64,000 bases of DNA from Spirochaetia bacterium (lineage in GTDB: Bacteria; Spirochaetota; Spirochaetia; CADAEX01): positions 184,062 through 248,061 of the forward strand of contig CAXXHA010000035.1 of the NCBI GenBank assembly GCA_963662265.2, written 5' to 3'. This document shows, piece after piece, positions 1 through 8,835 of this stretch. The position numbers were made by a program, and so were the translations under genes. Below the pieces are notes generated by a model, which was not told the origin of the DNA, searched no databases, and saw only the letters and a program-made list of their open reading frames with translations. Positions within the stretch are counted from its first letter, which is position 1. Each line of letters begins with the position of its first letter.

Positions 1-435
1 AAAGAATCCTGATGCAAAACCTGCAAGAACAAGCACAACCAGTTTTGCAGGATCTTTAAAATGTGCGATAAATGTATTTATGTAATGCTGAAGATCTTTT
101 TTTTCAGTTTCAGCTCTGTTGTTTACTGTAAATCCAGACTCTGTTTTTTTCCCAGAGAAAAGGTTCTGAAAGTGATATATGACTGCCAGTACAATTACAG
201 TTCCTGCAACAGTTGCAAGAGCAAAGGTTACTGATACGATTCCTATCTGTTTGAGCGCTCTTCCGATTTCTTCATTCCGTCCAATTCTGAATCCCATGAA
301 AAAAAGAAGCGAGAAAAGTGATATATTTACAAGAATTTCCACTGTTTTTCCTGCCGGAACCAGTTTTAATTTTGCAACTAACATTCCTGCAAAGAGGAAT
401 AATAAAATTACTGATATAGATGTTAATGCTGCCAT
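1..435 (-). CDS. lysO: LysO/YbjE (DUF340) family lysine exporter, 5' part; runs off the window edge
   Basis: Manual translation of the minus strand from ATG at 435: MAALTSISVILLFLFAG...NISLFSLLFFMGFRIGRNEEIGRALKQIGIVS..., open to position 1. The LLFFMG.IG motif is typical of LysO. Not in the ORF track because it is truncated. Confidence 0.7.
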   Translation of the reverse strand, partial: MAALTSISVILLFLFAGMLVAKLKLVPAGKTVEILVNISLFSLLFFMGFRIGRNEEIGRALKQIGIVSVTFALATVAGTVIVLAVIYHFQNLFSGKKTESGFTVNNRAETEKKDLQHYINTFIAHFKDPAKLVVLVLAGFASGFF

Positions 436-558
436 ATCAGCAATCTAGCATATAATTTTTTATGCTTCAATTATACTGAGTCTTCAACTGAATCAAATAG
501 CTGCCTCTTATATTTATTCAAGCTTGACAGATGCAGAGTGTATATTGTTTAATTATGC

Positions 559-572
559 TGTATAATTATTCA
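559..572. promoter_or_regulatory. ARG-box-like palindrome TGTATAATTATTCA
   Basis: 13/14 match to TGAATAATNATTCA. Lies between divergent lysO and the polar amino-acid ABC operon, downstream of a TTGACA at about 524-529. Confidence 0.4.
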
Positions 573-596
573 ATACAATAAAAAAGGGGATTTTAA

Positions 597-1358
597 ATGA
601 AAAAATTATTAATTTTTCTGCTTGTTCTTGCTGTTGCGGGTTCTGTATGGGCTGGCGGAAAAAAAGAAAAAACTGATGATGACGGTGTTCGTGTTATCAC
701 TATAGCTTCAGATGCTACATGGCCGCCGATGGAATTTGTTAATGAGAACAAGGAAATTGTAGGGTTCAATGTTGATCTAATGAAAGCCGCAGCAGAAGCT
801 GGCGGATATAAAGTGGAAATTCAGAATACAGCCTGGGACGGAATTTTTGCTGGTCTTGCTAACGGAGCCTATGATGTTGTTTGTTCTTCAGTAACAATTA
901 CTGAGGAAAGAAAGAAGAGTATGGATTTTTCTATTCCTTATGTAAATGCCGGTCAGGTGCTTGTTGTTGAGAAAAGCAATAATTCTGATAAATCTCTTGC
1001 AGATATGAAGGGTAAAGAGGTTGGTGCTCAGATCGGAACTACAGGCGCTATAGAAATCGGCAATACTGACGGAGTAACACTTAAAACTTATGATGAAATC
1101 GGTCTTGCAATCGCAGATCTTGCAAACGGAAGAATCTCAGGTGTTGTTGCAGACGGTCCTATAGCTGCAGACTTTGTTCTTCAGAATGCTGAATATAAAG
1201 AAAGTCTCAAAATTGTAGGCGAGCCTTTTACTGAAGAATTCTACGGTGTTGCAATTAAAAAGGGGAACCAGGAAGTTCTTGATATAATCAATGACGGACT
1301 TAAAAAGGTTCTGGAATCTGATAAAATTGAAGAGCTTAAAGATAAGTGGCTGAGATAA
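597..1358 (+). CDS. Polar (basic) amino acid ABC transporter substrate-binding protein
   Basis: Signal peptide; SBP family 3 motifs DATWPPMEF, WDGIFAGL, TITEERKKSMDFS, GAQIGTTG. Confidence 0.92.
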   Translation: MKKLLIFLLVLAVAGSVWAGGKKEKTDDDGVRVITIASDATWPPMEFVNENKEIVGFNVDLMKAAAEAGGYKVEIQNTAWDGIFAGLANGAYDVVCSSVTITEERKKSMDFSIPYVNAGQVLVVEKSNNSDKSLADMKGKEVGAQIGTTGAIEIGNTDGVTLKTYDEIGLAIADLANGRISGVVADGPIAADFVLQNAEYKESLKIVGEPFTEEFYGVAIKKGNQEVLDIINDGLKKVLESDKIEELKDKWLR

Positions 1359-2131
1359 AAAAAACAAAAATAGAGGTTACCGACGGTACTCTTATCCCCG
1401 GGAAAGGTGAGCATTCCGTGTTTTCTGCATGGAGAATAGCCTTTTTCGGGGCTATTGCTCTGATTATTATTCTCCCGGTTGTAAAACCTGATCCCTACCT
1501 TGAAATCCTCAAGTTTATTCCTGACGGTGTTGTTGCAACTTTCAAGGTAACAGTCCTGTCAATTCTGCTCTCTACTGCTATAGGGCTTCTTGCAGGACTT
1601 GGGCGGATTTCGAGAATTACTCTGATCAATAGAATTGCTACTGTCTATGTCGAAGTTGTAAGGGGAATACCTCTCCTTGTGCAGCTTTTTTATATTTATT
1701 ATGCTCTCGGGAAACTTGTCCAGGTGCCCCGGCTTACATCTGCGGTTATTGCAATGGCTTTCTGCTACGGCGCATACATGGGTGAAATATTCAGGGCAGG
1801 TATTCTCTCAATTCCAAAAGGTCAGATGGAGGCATCTCTTGCACTGGGAATGAGCAGGGCTCAGGCAATGAGGAAAGTTATTCTTCCGCAGACAATAAAA
1901 GTAATACTTCCTCCTATCGGTAATGAATTTATAGCACTCCTGAAAGATTCATCTCTTGTATCTATTCTTGCAGTTTCAGACCTGTTGAGGCGGGGAAGAG
2001 AATATGCTTCAACTTCATTCATGTATTTTGAAAGTTATACAATGGTTGCGCTGGTTTATCTTGTGATAACATTGTTTCTTTCAAGAATTGTAGCTATTAT
2101 GGAAGAAAGGCTGGGACGTAATGAGAAGTAG
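1346..2131 (+). CDS. Polar amino acid ABC transporter permease (HisM/GlnP family)
   Basis: [37 protein letters not shown] (EAA loop), [12 protein letters not shown]. Confidence 0.93.
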   Translation: MAEIKKTKIEVTDGTLIPGKGEHSVFSAWRIAFFGAIALIIILPVVKPDPYLEILKFIPDGVVATFKVTVLSILLSTAIGLLAGLGRISRITLINRIATVYVEVVRGIPLLVQLFYIYYALGKLVQVPRLTSAVIAMAFCYGAYMGEIFRAGILSIPKGQMEASLALGMSRAQAMRKVILPQTIKVILPPIGNEFIALLKDSSLVSILAVSDLLRRGREYASTSFMYFESYTMVALVYLVITLFLSRIVAIMEERLGRNEK

Positions 2132-2864
2132 TGAAAAACCAATTGTCAGAATAAATAATGTAACCAAGAATTTCGGGACTGTTGAGGCTCTTAAAAATGT
2201 AAGCCTTGATGTTAAGACCGGGGAAGTTGTTCTTATTATCGGGCCATCAGGCAGCGGAAAGAGTACACTTCTCAGAAGTGTTAACAAGCTTGAAAACCTG
2301 ACAACAGGTGAGATATGGATTGATGATGATCTTCTTACTCATCATCAGTCGGACATAAGAAAGATCAGGGAGGAGGTTGGGATGGTTTTTCAGAACTTCA
2401 ACCTGTTTTCCCATCTTACAGCACTTGAAAATATAACACTTGCTCCAATGGTTGTTAAAAAAATAGGTAAGGCTGAAGCAGTTAAAATTGCGGAAGACCT
2501 TCTTGCAAGGGTAGGGCTTTCCGACAGGGCAGGTAATTATCCTGATCAGCTTTCAGGCGGTCAGCAGCAGAGGGTTGCTATAGCAAGGGCTCTTGCCATG
2601 AATCCCAAGGTTATGCTTTTTGATGAGCCTACCAGCGCTCTTGACCCGGAGATGATAAAGGAAGTTCTTGATGTAATGCTTCAGCTTGCAAAAGACGGAA
2701 TGACAATGCTTGTTGTTTCCCATGAAATGGGTTTTGCGAGGGCTGCTGCAGATACTGTAGTCTTCATGGATGAGGGGGAGATAATTGAAAAAGGCTCTCC
2801 CGATGATATTTTTGATAATCCTCAGGAAGAGAGAACCAAAAAGTTTCTCAAACACATCCTGTAA
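2121..2864 (+). CDS. Polar amino acid ABC transporter ATP-binding protein (GlnQ family)
   Basis: Walker [10 protein letters not shown], signature [26 protein letters not shown]. Confidence 0.95.
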   Translation: MRSSEKPIVRINNVTKNFGTVEALKNVSLDVKTGEVVLIIGPSGSGKSTLLRSVNKLENLTTGEIWIDDDLLTHHQSDIRKIREEVGMVFQNFNLFSHLTALENITLAPMVVKKIGKAEAVKIAEDLLARVGLSDRAGNYPDQLSGGQQQRVAIARALAMNPKVMLFDEPTSALDPEMIKEVLDVMLQLAKDGMTMLVVSHEMGFARAAADTVVFMDEGEIIEKGSPDDIFDNPQEERTKKFLKHIL

Positions 2865-2889
2865 TACTTTAATCTGAATATTGTTTATG

Positions 2890-2916
2890 AGGCTGTCTGT
2901 AAAGGACAGCTTTTTT
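2890..2916 (+). terminator. Rho-independent terminator
   Basis: GGCTGTCT-gtaaa-GGACAGCT followed by a T run, just after the ABC operon. Confidence 0.7.
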
Positions 2917-3109
2917 ATTTTCTTGTTGGAAATCAGAAATAATATTATTTTCAGGATTGATAATAATCACTGTTCTGATATAGAGTATCAGTTTAACCGG
3001 ATATGAAATATCTCTTGCTGCTCCAGTGCTTTAATTATTGTATCTGAAGCAATAATAATGAATTCGGCTGTAAAATTTTTTTTATTCCTGTTCCCGTGTT
3101 ATAATTAAA

Positions 3110-3262
3110 GGATGTAGTTCACCGGTATCTGTACACTATCAGCAGGATCTGGTGTGTGTTACTCCGAGTGTCCATTTATTATCCCGATGTACAAGAAGGG
3201 ATAACTGTACCATTGATCGCCAGTATCTGTCGCAGGTGTGGACAATAACGGGGAGCTATACA
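3110..3262 (+). ncRNA. Candidate ~150-nt rod-shaped structured RNA (6S-like ncRNA or leader of the aminotransferase)
   Basis: Extended -10 TGtTATAAT at 3097-3105. Pairings 3113-3120/3253-3260, 3149-3154/3218-3223 and 3179-3185/3198-3204. Confidence 0.35.
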
Positions 3263-3291
3263 GGAAGTATTTTTTGTGAAAGGTGGAAGAA

Positions 3292-4635
3292 ATGAATAAA
3301 CCCCAGATGTCTGCCCACTTCAAAGGGCGAAAACCTTCGGCAATCAGAATGTCGCAGATTGAATTTTCAAAAAGAAAAGACAGTGTTAAAGCTATCAATA
3401 CCGCTATTGGTAATGTAACTCTTCCTACGCATCCAGCCATGCAGGAGAGGATGTTTAATCTTGATTCTGATGCCTCTCCGTTTAAAAACGGTGTTGTTAA
3501 ATACACAGCCACAGTTGGAGAAAAAGAAGCGAATGATGCTTTTCTGAATGTAATTGCATCAAGCGGATTCAAGACAGATAAACTATATTCACAGATTACT
3601 GACGGGGGAAGCCAGGCGATGGAACTGGTTGTTCTCGGCCTCTGCGGGGAAGCCGGAACTGATGACAAGCCTCTGCTTTTAATTGATCCTGCATATACAA
3701 ATTATCTTTCCATGGCAAACAGGGTTGGCCGTAAAATTGTTTCTGTGAAACGAACACTTCAGGAAAACGGAAAATTTACACTTCCCGATATTAAAGATAT
3801 CGAAGAGGTTGTCATGAAACATAAGCCCGGAGCTCTTGTTGTTATCCCGTATGATAATCCTACAGGACATTTTTACAAGGAAAGTGATATGGCTTCCCTT
3901 GCCGGACTCTGTGTGAAATATAACATGTGGATGGTCAGCGATGAAGCATACAGGGAGCTTTATTATGATGGTGACAGAACGGTAAGTATCTGGGGTATTA
4001 CTGATGATCTTGTTCTCGGAATAGAGGGACGGAGGATCAGTATTGAAACCACATCCAAGGTATGGAACTGCTGCGGACTTAGAATTGGGGCCCTTGTTGC
4101 AGATAATGAAGAATTTCATACTCAGGCTGTTGCTGAAAACACTGCAAACCTATGTTCAAGCGCTATCGGGCAGTATATTTTCGGCGCTATTGCACATGAA
4201 TCAAGGGAAGACCTTGTAAAATGGTATGAAAAGATAAGGTCTTACTATAAATCGATGCTGACAGACTTCTGCAATGATCTTAAATCAAGACTTCCCGGAG
4301 TCATTGTTTCGAGTCCTGATTCCTCAATTTATTCAGTTATTGATGTAAGAAATATTGCAAAACCGGGTTTTAATGCACTTGATTTTGTACTTTACTGTGC
4401 CAGGGAGGGAAGTGTTGAGGTTGATGGTGAATATTACACACTTCTTGTCTCTCCGATGTCTGGGTTCTACAGTGTTGCCCCCGGAGAGAATAATCCGGGT
4501 ATGACTCAGATGAGGGTCTCATATGTTCCTGTTAAAGAGGATATGAAGAAGACACCGGAGCTGTTTGAGAAGCTTTTTACAGAATACAACAGCAGGATTG
4601 AGTCTGCCGCAGGTGCTGCTGCCGAGAAAAAGTAG
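3292..4635 (+). CDS. PLP-dependent aminotransferase class I/II
   Basis: DPAYTNY, DNPTG, SDEAY, TSKVWNCCGLRIG (PLP lysine). ATG 3292 follows AAGGTGG; the ORF track starts at GTG 3283. Confidence 0.88.
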   Translation: MNKPQMSAHFKGRKPSAIRMSQIEFSKRKDSVKAINTAIGNVTLPTHPAMQERMFNLDSDASPFKNGVVKYTATVGEKEANDAFLNVIASSGFKTDKLYSQITDGGSQAMELVVLGLCGEAGTDDKPLLLIDPAYTNYLSMANRVGRKIVSVKRTLQENGKFTLPDIKDIEEVVMKHKPGALVVIPYDNPTGHFYKESDMASLAGLCVKYNMWMVSDEAYRELYYDGDRTVSIWGITDDLVLGIEGRRISIETTSKVWNCCGLRIGALVADNEEFHTQAVAENTANLCSSAIGQYIFGAIAHESREDLVKWYEKIRSYYKSMLTDFCNDLKSRLPGVIVSSPDSSIYSVIDVRNIAKPGFNALDFVLYCAREGSVEVDGEYYTLLVSPMSGFYSVAPGENNPGMTQMRVSYVPVKEDMKKTPELFEKLFTEYNSRIESAAGAAAEKK

Positions 4636-4828
4636 GTCAGTCCAGAATTAAGTAAATGCAGTATTTTTCTGACTATCAGGGGAATGCTGCTTTTTTTATG
4701 GCTGAAAAATATTACAGGGATGATGTGCCTGGAAATGGTAAATTATAAAGGCATTCATAGCTGTCTTTTCTCGGTTTTTCTGAAAAGGTATTGTGCTTTT
4801 CTGTATCGCTTGATGCTTCTGATGAAAT

Positions 4829-4860
4829 AAAAAAACCCGGAAAGCATCTGCTTTACCGGG
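4829..4860 (-). terminator. Rho-independent terminator of aspS
   Basis: A run then CCCGGAAAGCA-tc-TGCTTTACCGGG on +; the T tail is on the minus strand. Confidence 0.6.
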
Positions 4861-4886
4861 CCTGGTATATATGCTGGTGACAGCTT

Positions 4887-6695
4887 TTATTCTGCTGCTT
4901 TTTCAGCTACTTCAGCTTCTTCTTTGATTTCCTCTTTAAAGAGAATTCCAAGTTCATCCAGCTGGTTCTGCTCAATTTCTGAAGGGGAGTCATCAAGAGG
5001 TGACAACCCTGCTGTGTTTTTCGGGAACGCTATAACTTCCCTGATTGAATCTTCTCCTGCCATTATCATTACCAGTCTGTCAAGGCCGGGAGCGATACCT
5101 CCGTGAGGCGGTGCTCCGTATTTGAAAGCATTGAGCATGAAGCCGAATTTTCTTTCTGCCTCTTCATCTGAAAAACCTACAACATTGAAAATTCTCTTCT
5201 GAATTTCAGGGTCATGAACCCTGATTGATCCTGATGCAATTTCATATCCGTTGAGAACAAGGTCGTAGAGATCTCCCTTAACCGGACCCGGGTCCTGTTC
5301 CATTGTCTCGAGATACTGTCCCTGAGGCATTGAGAACATGTGATGCGCAGGATCCCATTTGTTCTCATCTTCGTTCCATTCGAAGAGTGGGAAGTCAAGG
5401 ATCCAGGCAAAAGCAAATGCAGATTCATCGATAAGACCAAGGTCTTTTCCTAGTTTGCTTCTTACAGCCCCGAGTGAGTTACAGGTTACTTTCCAGCTGT
5501 CTGCAACAAAAAGGAGGAGGTCTCCGTTCTCGGCGCCTGTCTTTTCAATTATTTCCTTTTCCTCATCCTTAAAGAATTTTGAAACACCCCCTTCAAGCCC
5601 TTCTTCTCCTGCCTTCATCCATGCAAGGCCTTTTGCCCCGTAAATTTTGGCAGTATCTTCAAGTTCTGTGATTTTCTTTCTGGAATAATCTGATGCGCAT
5701 CCTTTTGCAAGTATATACCTTACTGTTCCTCCGTTTGCCACTGTGTCCTTGAATACAGAGAAGCTGCATTTTTCAGCGATGTCGGTGAAATCCTTTATCT
5801 TCATCTCGAAACGGAGGTCAGGTTTGTCTGAGCCGTAGGATTCCATTGCTTCATGATAGCTCAGTCTTCTGAAATTCTCAGGGAGTTTAAGAGAGAGAGT
5901 TTTTTCAAAGACATGGCTCATCATTCCTTCTGTGAGGGAAAGTACATCTTCCCGGTCAACAAAGCTCATCTCTATATCTATCTGGGTAAATTCAGGCTGC
6001 CTGTCTCCCCTTGCATCCTCATCCCTGTAGCATCTTGCAATCTGGAAGTACTTATCAAGTCCTGATACCATTAAGAGCTGTTTATATATCTGGGGGCTCT
6101 GTGGAAGGGCGAATGCTTTTCCGGGGTACAGTCTTGAAGGTACGATAAAGTCTCTTGCCCCTTCAGGAGTAGATTTTATGAAAGTGGGAGTTTCAATCTC
6201 GTAAAAATCCTTATTACTAAGGTATTCCCTTACTGCAAATGCTGTTTCATGCCTGAGCCTGATATTGTTTTTCATTTTCTCAGATCTCAGGTCCAGGAAT
6301 CTGTATTTAAGCCTCAAGTCTTCCTTAGCGTTTGATTTCTCGTCTACCATGAAGGGGAGGACTTCGCACTGTGAAAGTACTCTTATTTCTTCGGCTTTAA
6401 TTTCAATTTCACCTGTACTCATATCAGGATTTATCATTTCATCAGGTCTTTTTCTCACCAGACCCTTTACTGCTATGCAGTATTCGAATTTAAGGTTGTC
6501 TGCAAGATTTATAAGATCTTCTGATGCATCCTCATCTATTACTACCTGGCTTACACCATATCTGTCTCTTAAATTTATAAAGTGGATTCCGCCGTGGTTT
6601 CTGTTTTTATATACCCATCCGTTAAGGGTAACTGTCTTTCCGGCATCATTTCCGGATAGCTCTCCGCAAGTGTGTGTTCGTTTAAATTCATTCAT
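4887..6695 (-). CDS. aspS: Aspartate--tRNA ligase
   Basis: KRTHTCG, LRLKYRFLDLR, STPEGARDF, ALPQSPQ, RQPEFTQIDIEMSF, GAPPHGGIAPGLDR. The likely start is MNEFKR at 6695 (track gives 6731). Confidence 0.97.
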   Translation of the reverse strand: MNEFKRTHTCGELSGNDAGKTVTLNGWVYKNRNHGGIHFINLRDRYGVSQVVIDEDASEDLINLADNLKFEYCIAVKGLVRKRPDEMINPDMSTGEIEIKAEEIRVLSQCEVLPFMVDEKSNAKEDLRLKYRFLDLRSEKMKNNIRLRHETAFAVREYLSNKDFYEIETPTFIKSTPEGARDFIVPSRLYPGKAFALPQSPQIYKQLLMVSGLDKYFQIARCYRDEDARGDRQPEFTQIDIEMSFVDREDVLSLTEGMMSHVFEKTLSLKLPENFRRLSYHEAMESYGSDKPDLRFEMKIKDFTDIAEKCSFSVFKDTVANGGTVRYILAKGCASDYSRKKITELEDTAKIYGAKGLAWMKAGEEGLEGGVSKFFKDEEKEIIEKTGAENGDLLLFVADSWKVTCNSLGAVRSKLGKDLGLIDESAFAFAWILDFPLFEWNEDENKWDPAHHMFSMPQGQYLETMEQDPGPVKGDLYDLVLNGYEIASGSIRVHDPEIQKRIFNVVGFSDEEAERKFGFMLNAFKYGAPPHGGIAPGLDRLVMIMAGEDSIREVIAFPKNTAGLSPLDDSPSEIEQNQLDELGILFKEEIKEEAEVAEKAAE

Positions 6696-6830
6696 GATAA
6701 GAAATCTATCATCTGGAATAAACATGTTCAAGATGCATATTAACGTAGTTTACGGGGAGTAAAAAAGCTGGTGATTTATATTGTGTTTATCTCTATTGAG
6801 AGGTGTATGGATTATGACTATTGGTTTGAA

Positions 6831-6840
6831 TGTTTATACA
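6831..6840. promoter_or_regulatory. Putative HutC-type GntR operator TGTTTATACA
   Basis: Fits the GT-n-TA-n-AC HutC-subfamily consensus; lies upstream of the GntR gene. Confidence 0.35.
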
Positions 6841-6986
6841 AATTTAGCATTGATTTGAATGACATGGGAGTTTAAATAAGTTATCATTAGGACAGGGCAG
6901 ATTAAAATTATCTGCAGCCAATATAATGTTTTAAATATGGTCAGCTGTAAAATAGCTTGCAGCTGATAAAGACCGGAGTTTAGAAA

Positions 6987-7748
6987 ATGCTTAACAGCAA
7001 TAATATTCCAAAATATGTTCAGATATATAATTATCTTGACGGTCTGATAAAAAGAGGCAGGATTAAAGTCGGTGACCGGCTGCCTACAGAGGAAAAGATC
7101 GCAGCTGATTTCAAGGTGAACAGGATGACTGTAAGGCAGGCTATTGATGAGTTTGTAGTCAAGAAGATGGTTGTAAGAGAGCGGGGCAGGGGAAGTTTCC
7201 TGGTCAGAAACAGGCCGCAGGAGTACCTGTGGAGCTTTAACAACATAACAAGCTTTACAGATTCGATGCTGGATGCGGGAGTAAAGTCTGAATCTGAAAA
7301 TATCCTGATTGAGCTTTCAGAGGCAGATGACAGGGTATGTTCGCTTCTTGCCCTTGATGAAGGCGACAAGAGGGTAATACATACGCTCAGAAGCAAATAT
7401 GCCGAAGATGAGGTTGTCTGCTACGAGAGAAGTTTTCTTCCCTATAATGATTTCAGGGAAATCCTCGATATGAACATAGAAGGATCTCTTTATCATATAC
7501 TTGTTGATAAGTTCAATATAAAGCTTGATCATTCCACCCATACACTGAGCTCTTCGATAACAGGAGAGGAGGAGAGGACTCTTTTTCAGATAGATGAGAA
7601 TGTTTCCTGCATGATGGTTGAATCTGTTACCTATGATCCGGGAAATATCCCTGTTGAAGTCCTCTATACATGCTTCAGGGGAGATAAATTTAAATTCAGG
7701 ATTGAATCAGGTAAATATATTTATCAGAAAAAAGGGGATATCAGTTAA
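6987..7748 (+). CDS. GntR family regulator, HutC/UTRA subfamily (PhnF/PhnR-like)
   Basis: N-terminal wHTH (LPTEEKIAADFKVNRMTVRQA...RGRGSF) and UTRA C-terminus (SLYHIL, FRGDKFKF). Confidence 0.9.
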   Translation: MLNSNNIPKYVQIYNYLDGLIKRGRIKVGDRLPTEEKIAADFKVNRMTVRQAIDEFVVKKMVVRERGRGSFLVRNRPQEYLWSFNNITSFTDSMLDAGVKSESENILIELSEADDRVCSLLALDEGDKRVIHTLRSKYAEDEVVCYERSFLPYNDFREILDMNIEGSLYHILVDKFNIKLDHSTHTLSSSITGEEERTLFQIDENVSCMMVESVTYDPGNIPVEVLYTCFRGDKFKFRIESGKYIYQKKGDIS

Positions 7749-7931
7749 AAAAGGATTGCCGCGATATTGTTCTGATCTTTTTTGTATCTAATGGCTGATC
7801 AGTATCTTTCATTTTTCCCTGTAAATACTTGGAGAATTTACATCCTGTTAAGGAAAATAATCCGTCAGGAATTATATATACATATAAACTGTCCGTGTCT
7901 TGGACACTCTGGATATTCACATACTGTAAAT

Positions 7932-7975
7932 AAAAAAAAGGCGCCAGGTCCTGAGGACCAAGCGCCTTTTATTTT
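7932..7975. terminator. Bidirectional terminator between gntR and the lipoprotein gene
   Basis: A8-GGCGCcaGGTCc-tga-GGACCaaGCGCC-TTTT. Confidence 0.7.
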
Positions 7976-7988
7976 ACATATTGCCGGA

Positions 7989-8294
7989 TTATTTTCCTGC
8001 AGCACTTGTAAAGTAAGTTTTAGCCTGTCCAAGTGGCTGGAGTGATTCTGTGTACATTTCTTTATCGAAATATGTAACTCCGAGATCATAAATACTCATT
8101 GCTCTACCCCATTTACCGAATGACTCAGGTGCGCCTGCTGCTTCAGCTTCAGCTTTAAGACCGTTTACTTCGTCCATAAGAGCCACAGCTTCGTCTTTTG
8201 CAGGATCAGCAGGTGCTTTTGCACTTGATGCACATGCAACAAACATCATTGAGAGCATCGCTACTAACAGGATAAGAAATAACTTCCTTTTCAT
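7989..8294 (-). CDS. Small helical lipoprotein of unknown function
   Basis: Basic N-terminus, hydrophobic stretch and lipobox FVAC; strong RBS GAGGAGG; restricted codon usage. Confidence 0.8.
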   Translation of the reverse strand: MKRKLFLILLVAMLSMMFVACASSAKAPADPAKDEAVALMDEVNGLKAEAEAAGAPESFGKWGRAMSIYDLGVTYFDKEMYTESLQPLGQAKTYFTSAAGK

Positions 8295-8369
8295 AATTCC
8301 TCCTCATTAATGTAGAAAAGTTATTAAAATTGCAAATCACATTCATTCGAGTTATTAGTGAATGATAGA

Positions 8370-8397
8370 TTAACAATTTTTTAACAAAAGATTAACA
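8370..8397. promoter_or_regulatory. Three TTAACA direct repeats with an 11-bp period (Pho-box/OmpR-family-like)
   Basis: TTAACA at 8370, 8381 and 8392, upstream of the lipoprotein gene. Confidence 0.5.
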
Positions 8398-8732
8398 ATA
8401 TGTTTAATTATCACCTGACAATCTGAATTTTGCAAGGAAAATTTTATCAAAACCTGGGTAAAAATAAGCCAGAATAATAGTAAAACACTAAAATTTTCCG
8501 GTTTCTAATCTGATTGTTGATAAATACTGATTATTATAGGTCAATTATCTCCATAAATATTTATAGTAATTAAGATGATAATGATGATAATAATGATGTA
8601 TTTGCAAATATTATCAGTAAATGGAAAGAGCAGTGGATGGGTCGGGTATTTGTGATGACCCCGGATAGTTGTGGATGGGCCGGGTACCTGTAAATGTGTA
8701 AATCAGCTTGAAATCCTGACTGGGAAATTAAA

Positions 8733-8765
8733 TAAAAAAAGGCGTCCATTTAAAATGAACGCCTC
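8733..8765 (-). terminator. Terminator of phnW
   Basis: A run + AGGCGTcCATTT-a-AAATGaACGCCT hairpin. Confidence 0.65.
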
Positions 8766-8835
8766 CAGCTTTTATAAAAAGTCTGTTTTTGCCGCTGAAT
8801 GGTTGCCCGCAGGCTCAGCATAATTGTAGAAAATA

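Noticed and set aside
179-448. Plus-strand 89-aa ORF and the many other short antisense or nested ORFs in the track
   Set aside because: They are shadows of clear genes on the opposite strand or frame (here lysO) and have no motifs or RBS.
4026-4037. Near-copy GGGACGGAGGAT of the RAYT-associated motif inside the aminotransferase
   Set aside because: 10/11 match that encodes a plausible conserved EGRRI segment; treated as chance.
6440-6610. Non-discriminating AspRS call
   Set aside because: The His of NHGG is present but the expected Gly in the RPxG loop is not (RPDEMIN); ambiguous from sequence alone.
8573-8598. ATG/ATA trinucleotide microsatellite
   Set aside because: Short, imperfect and intergenic; no sign of function.
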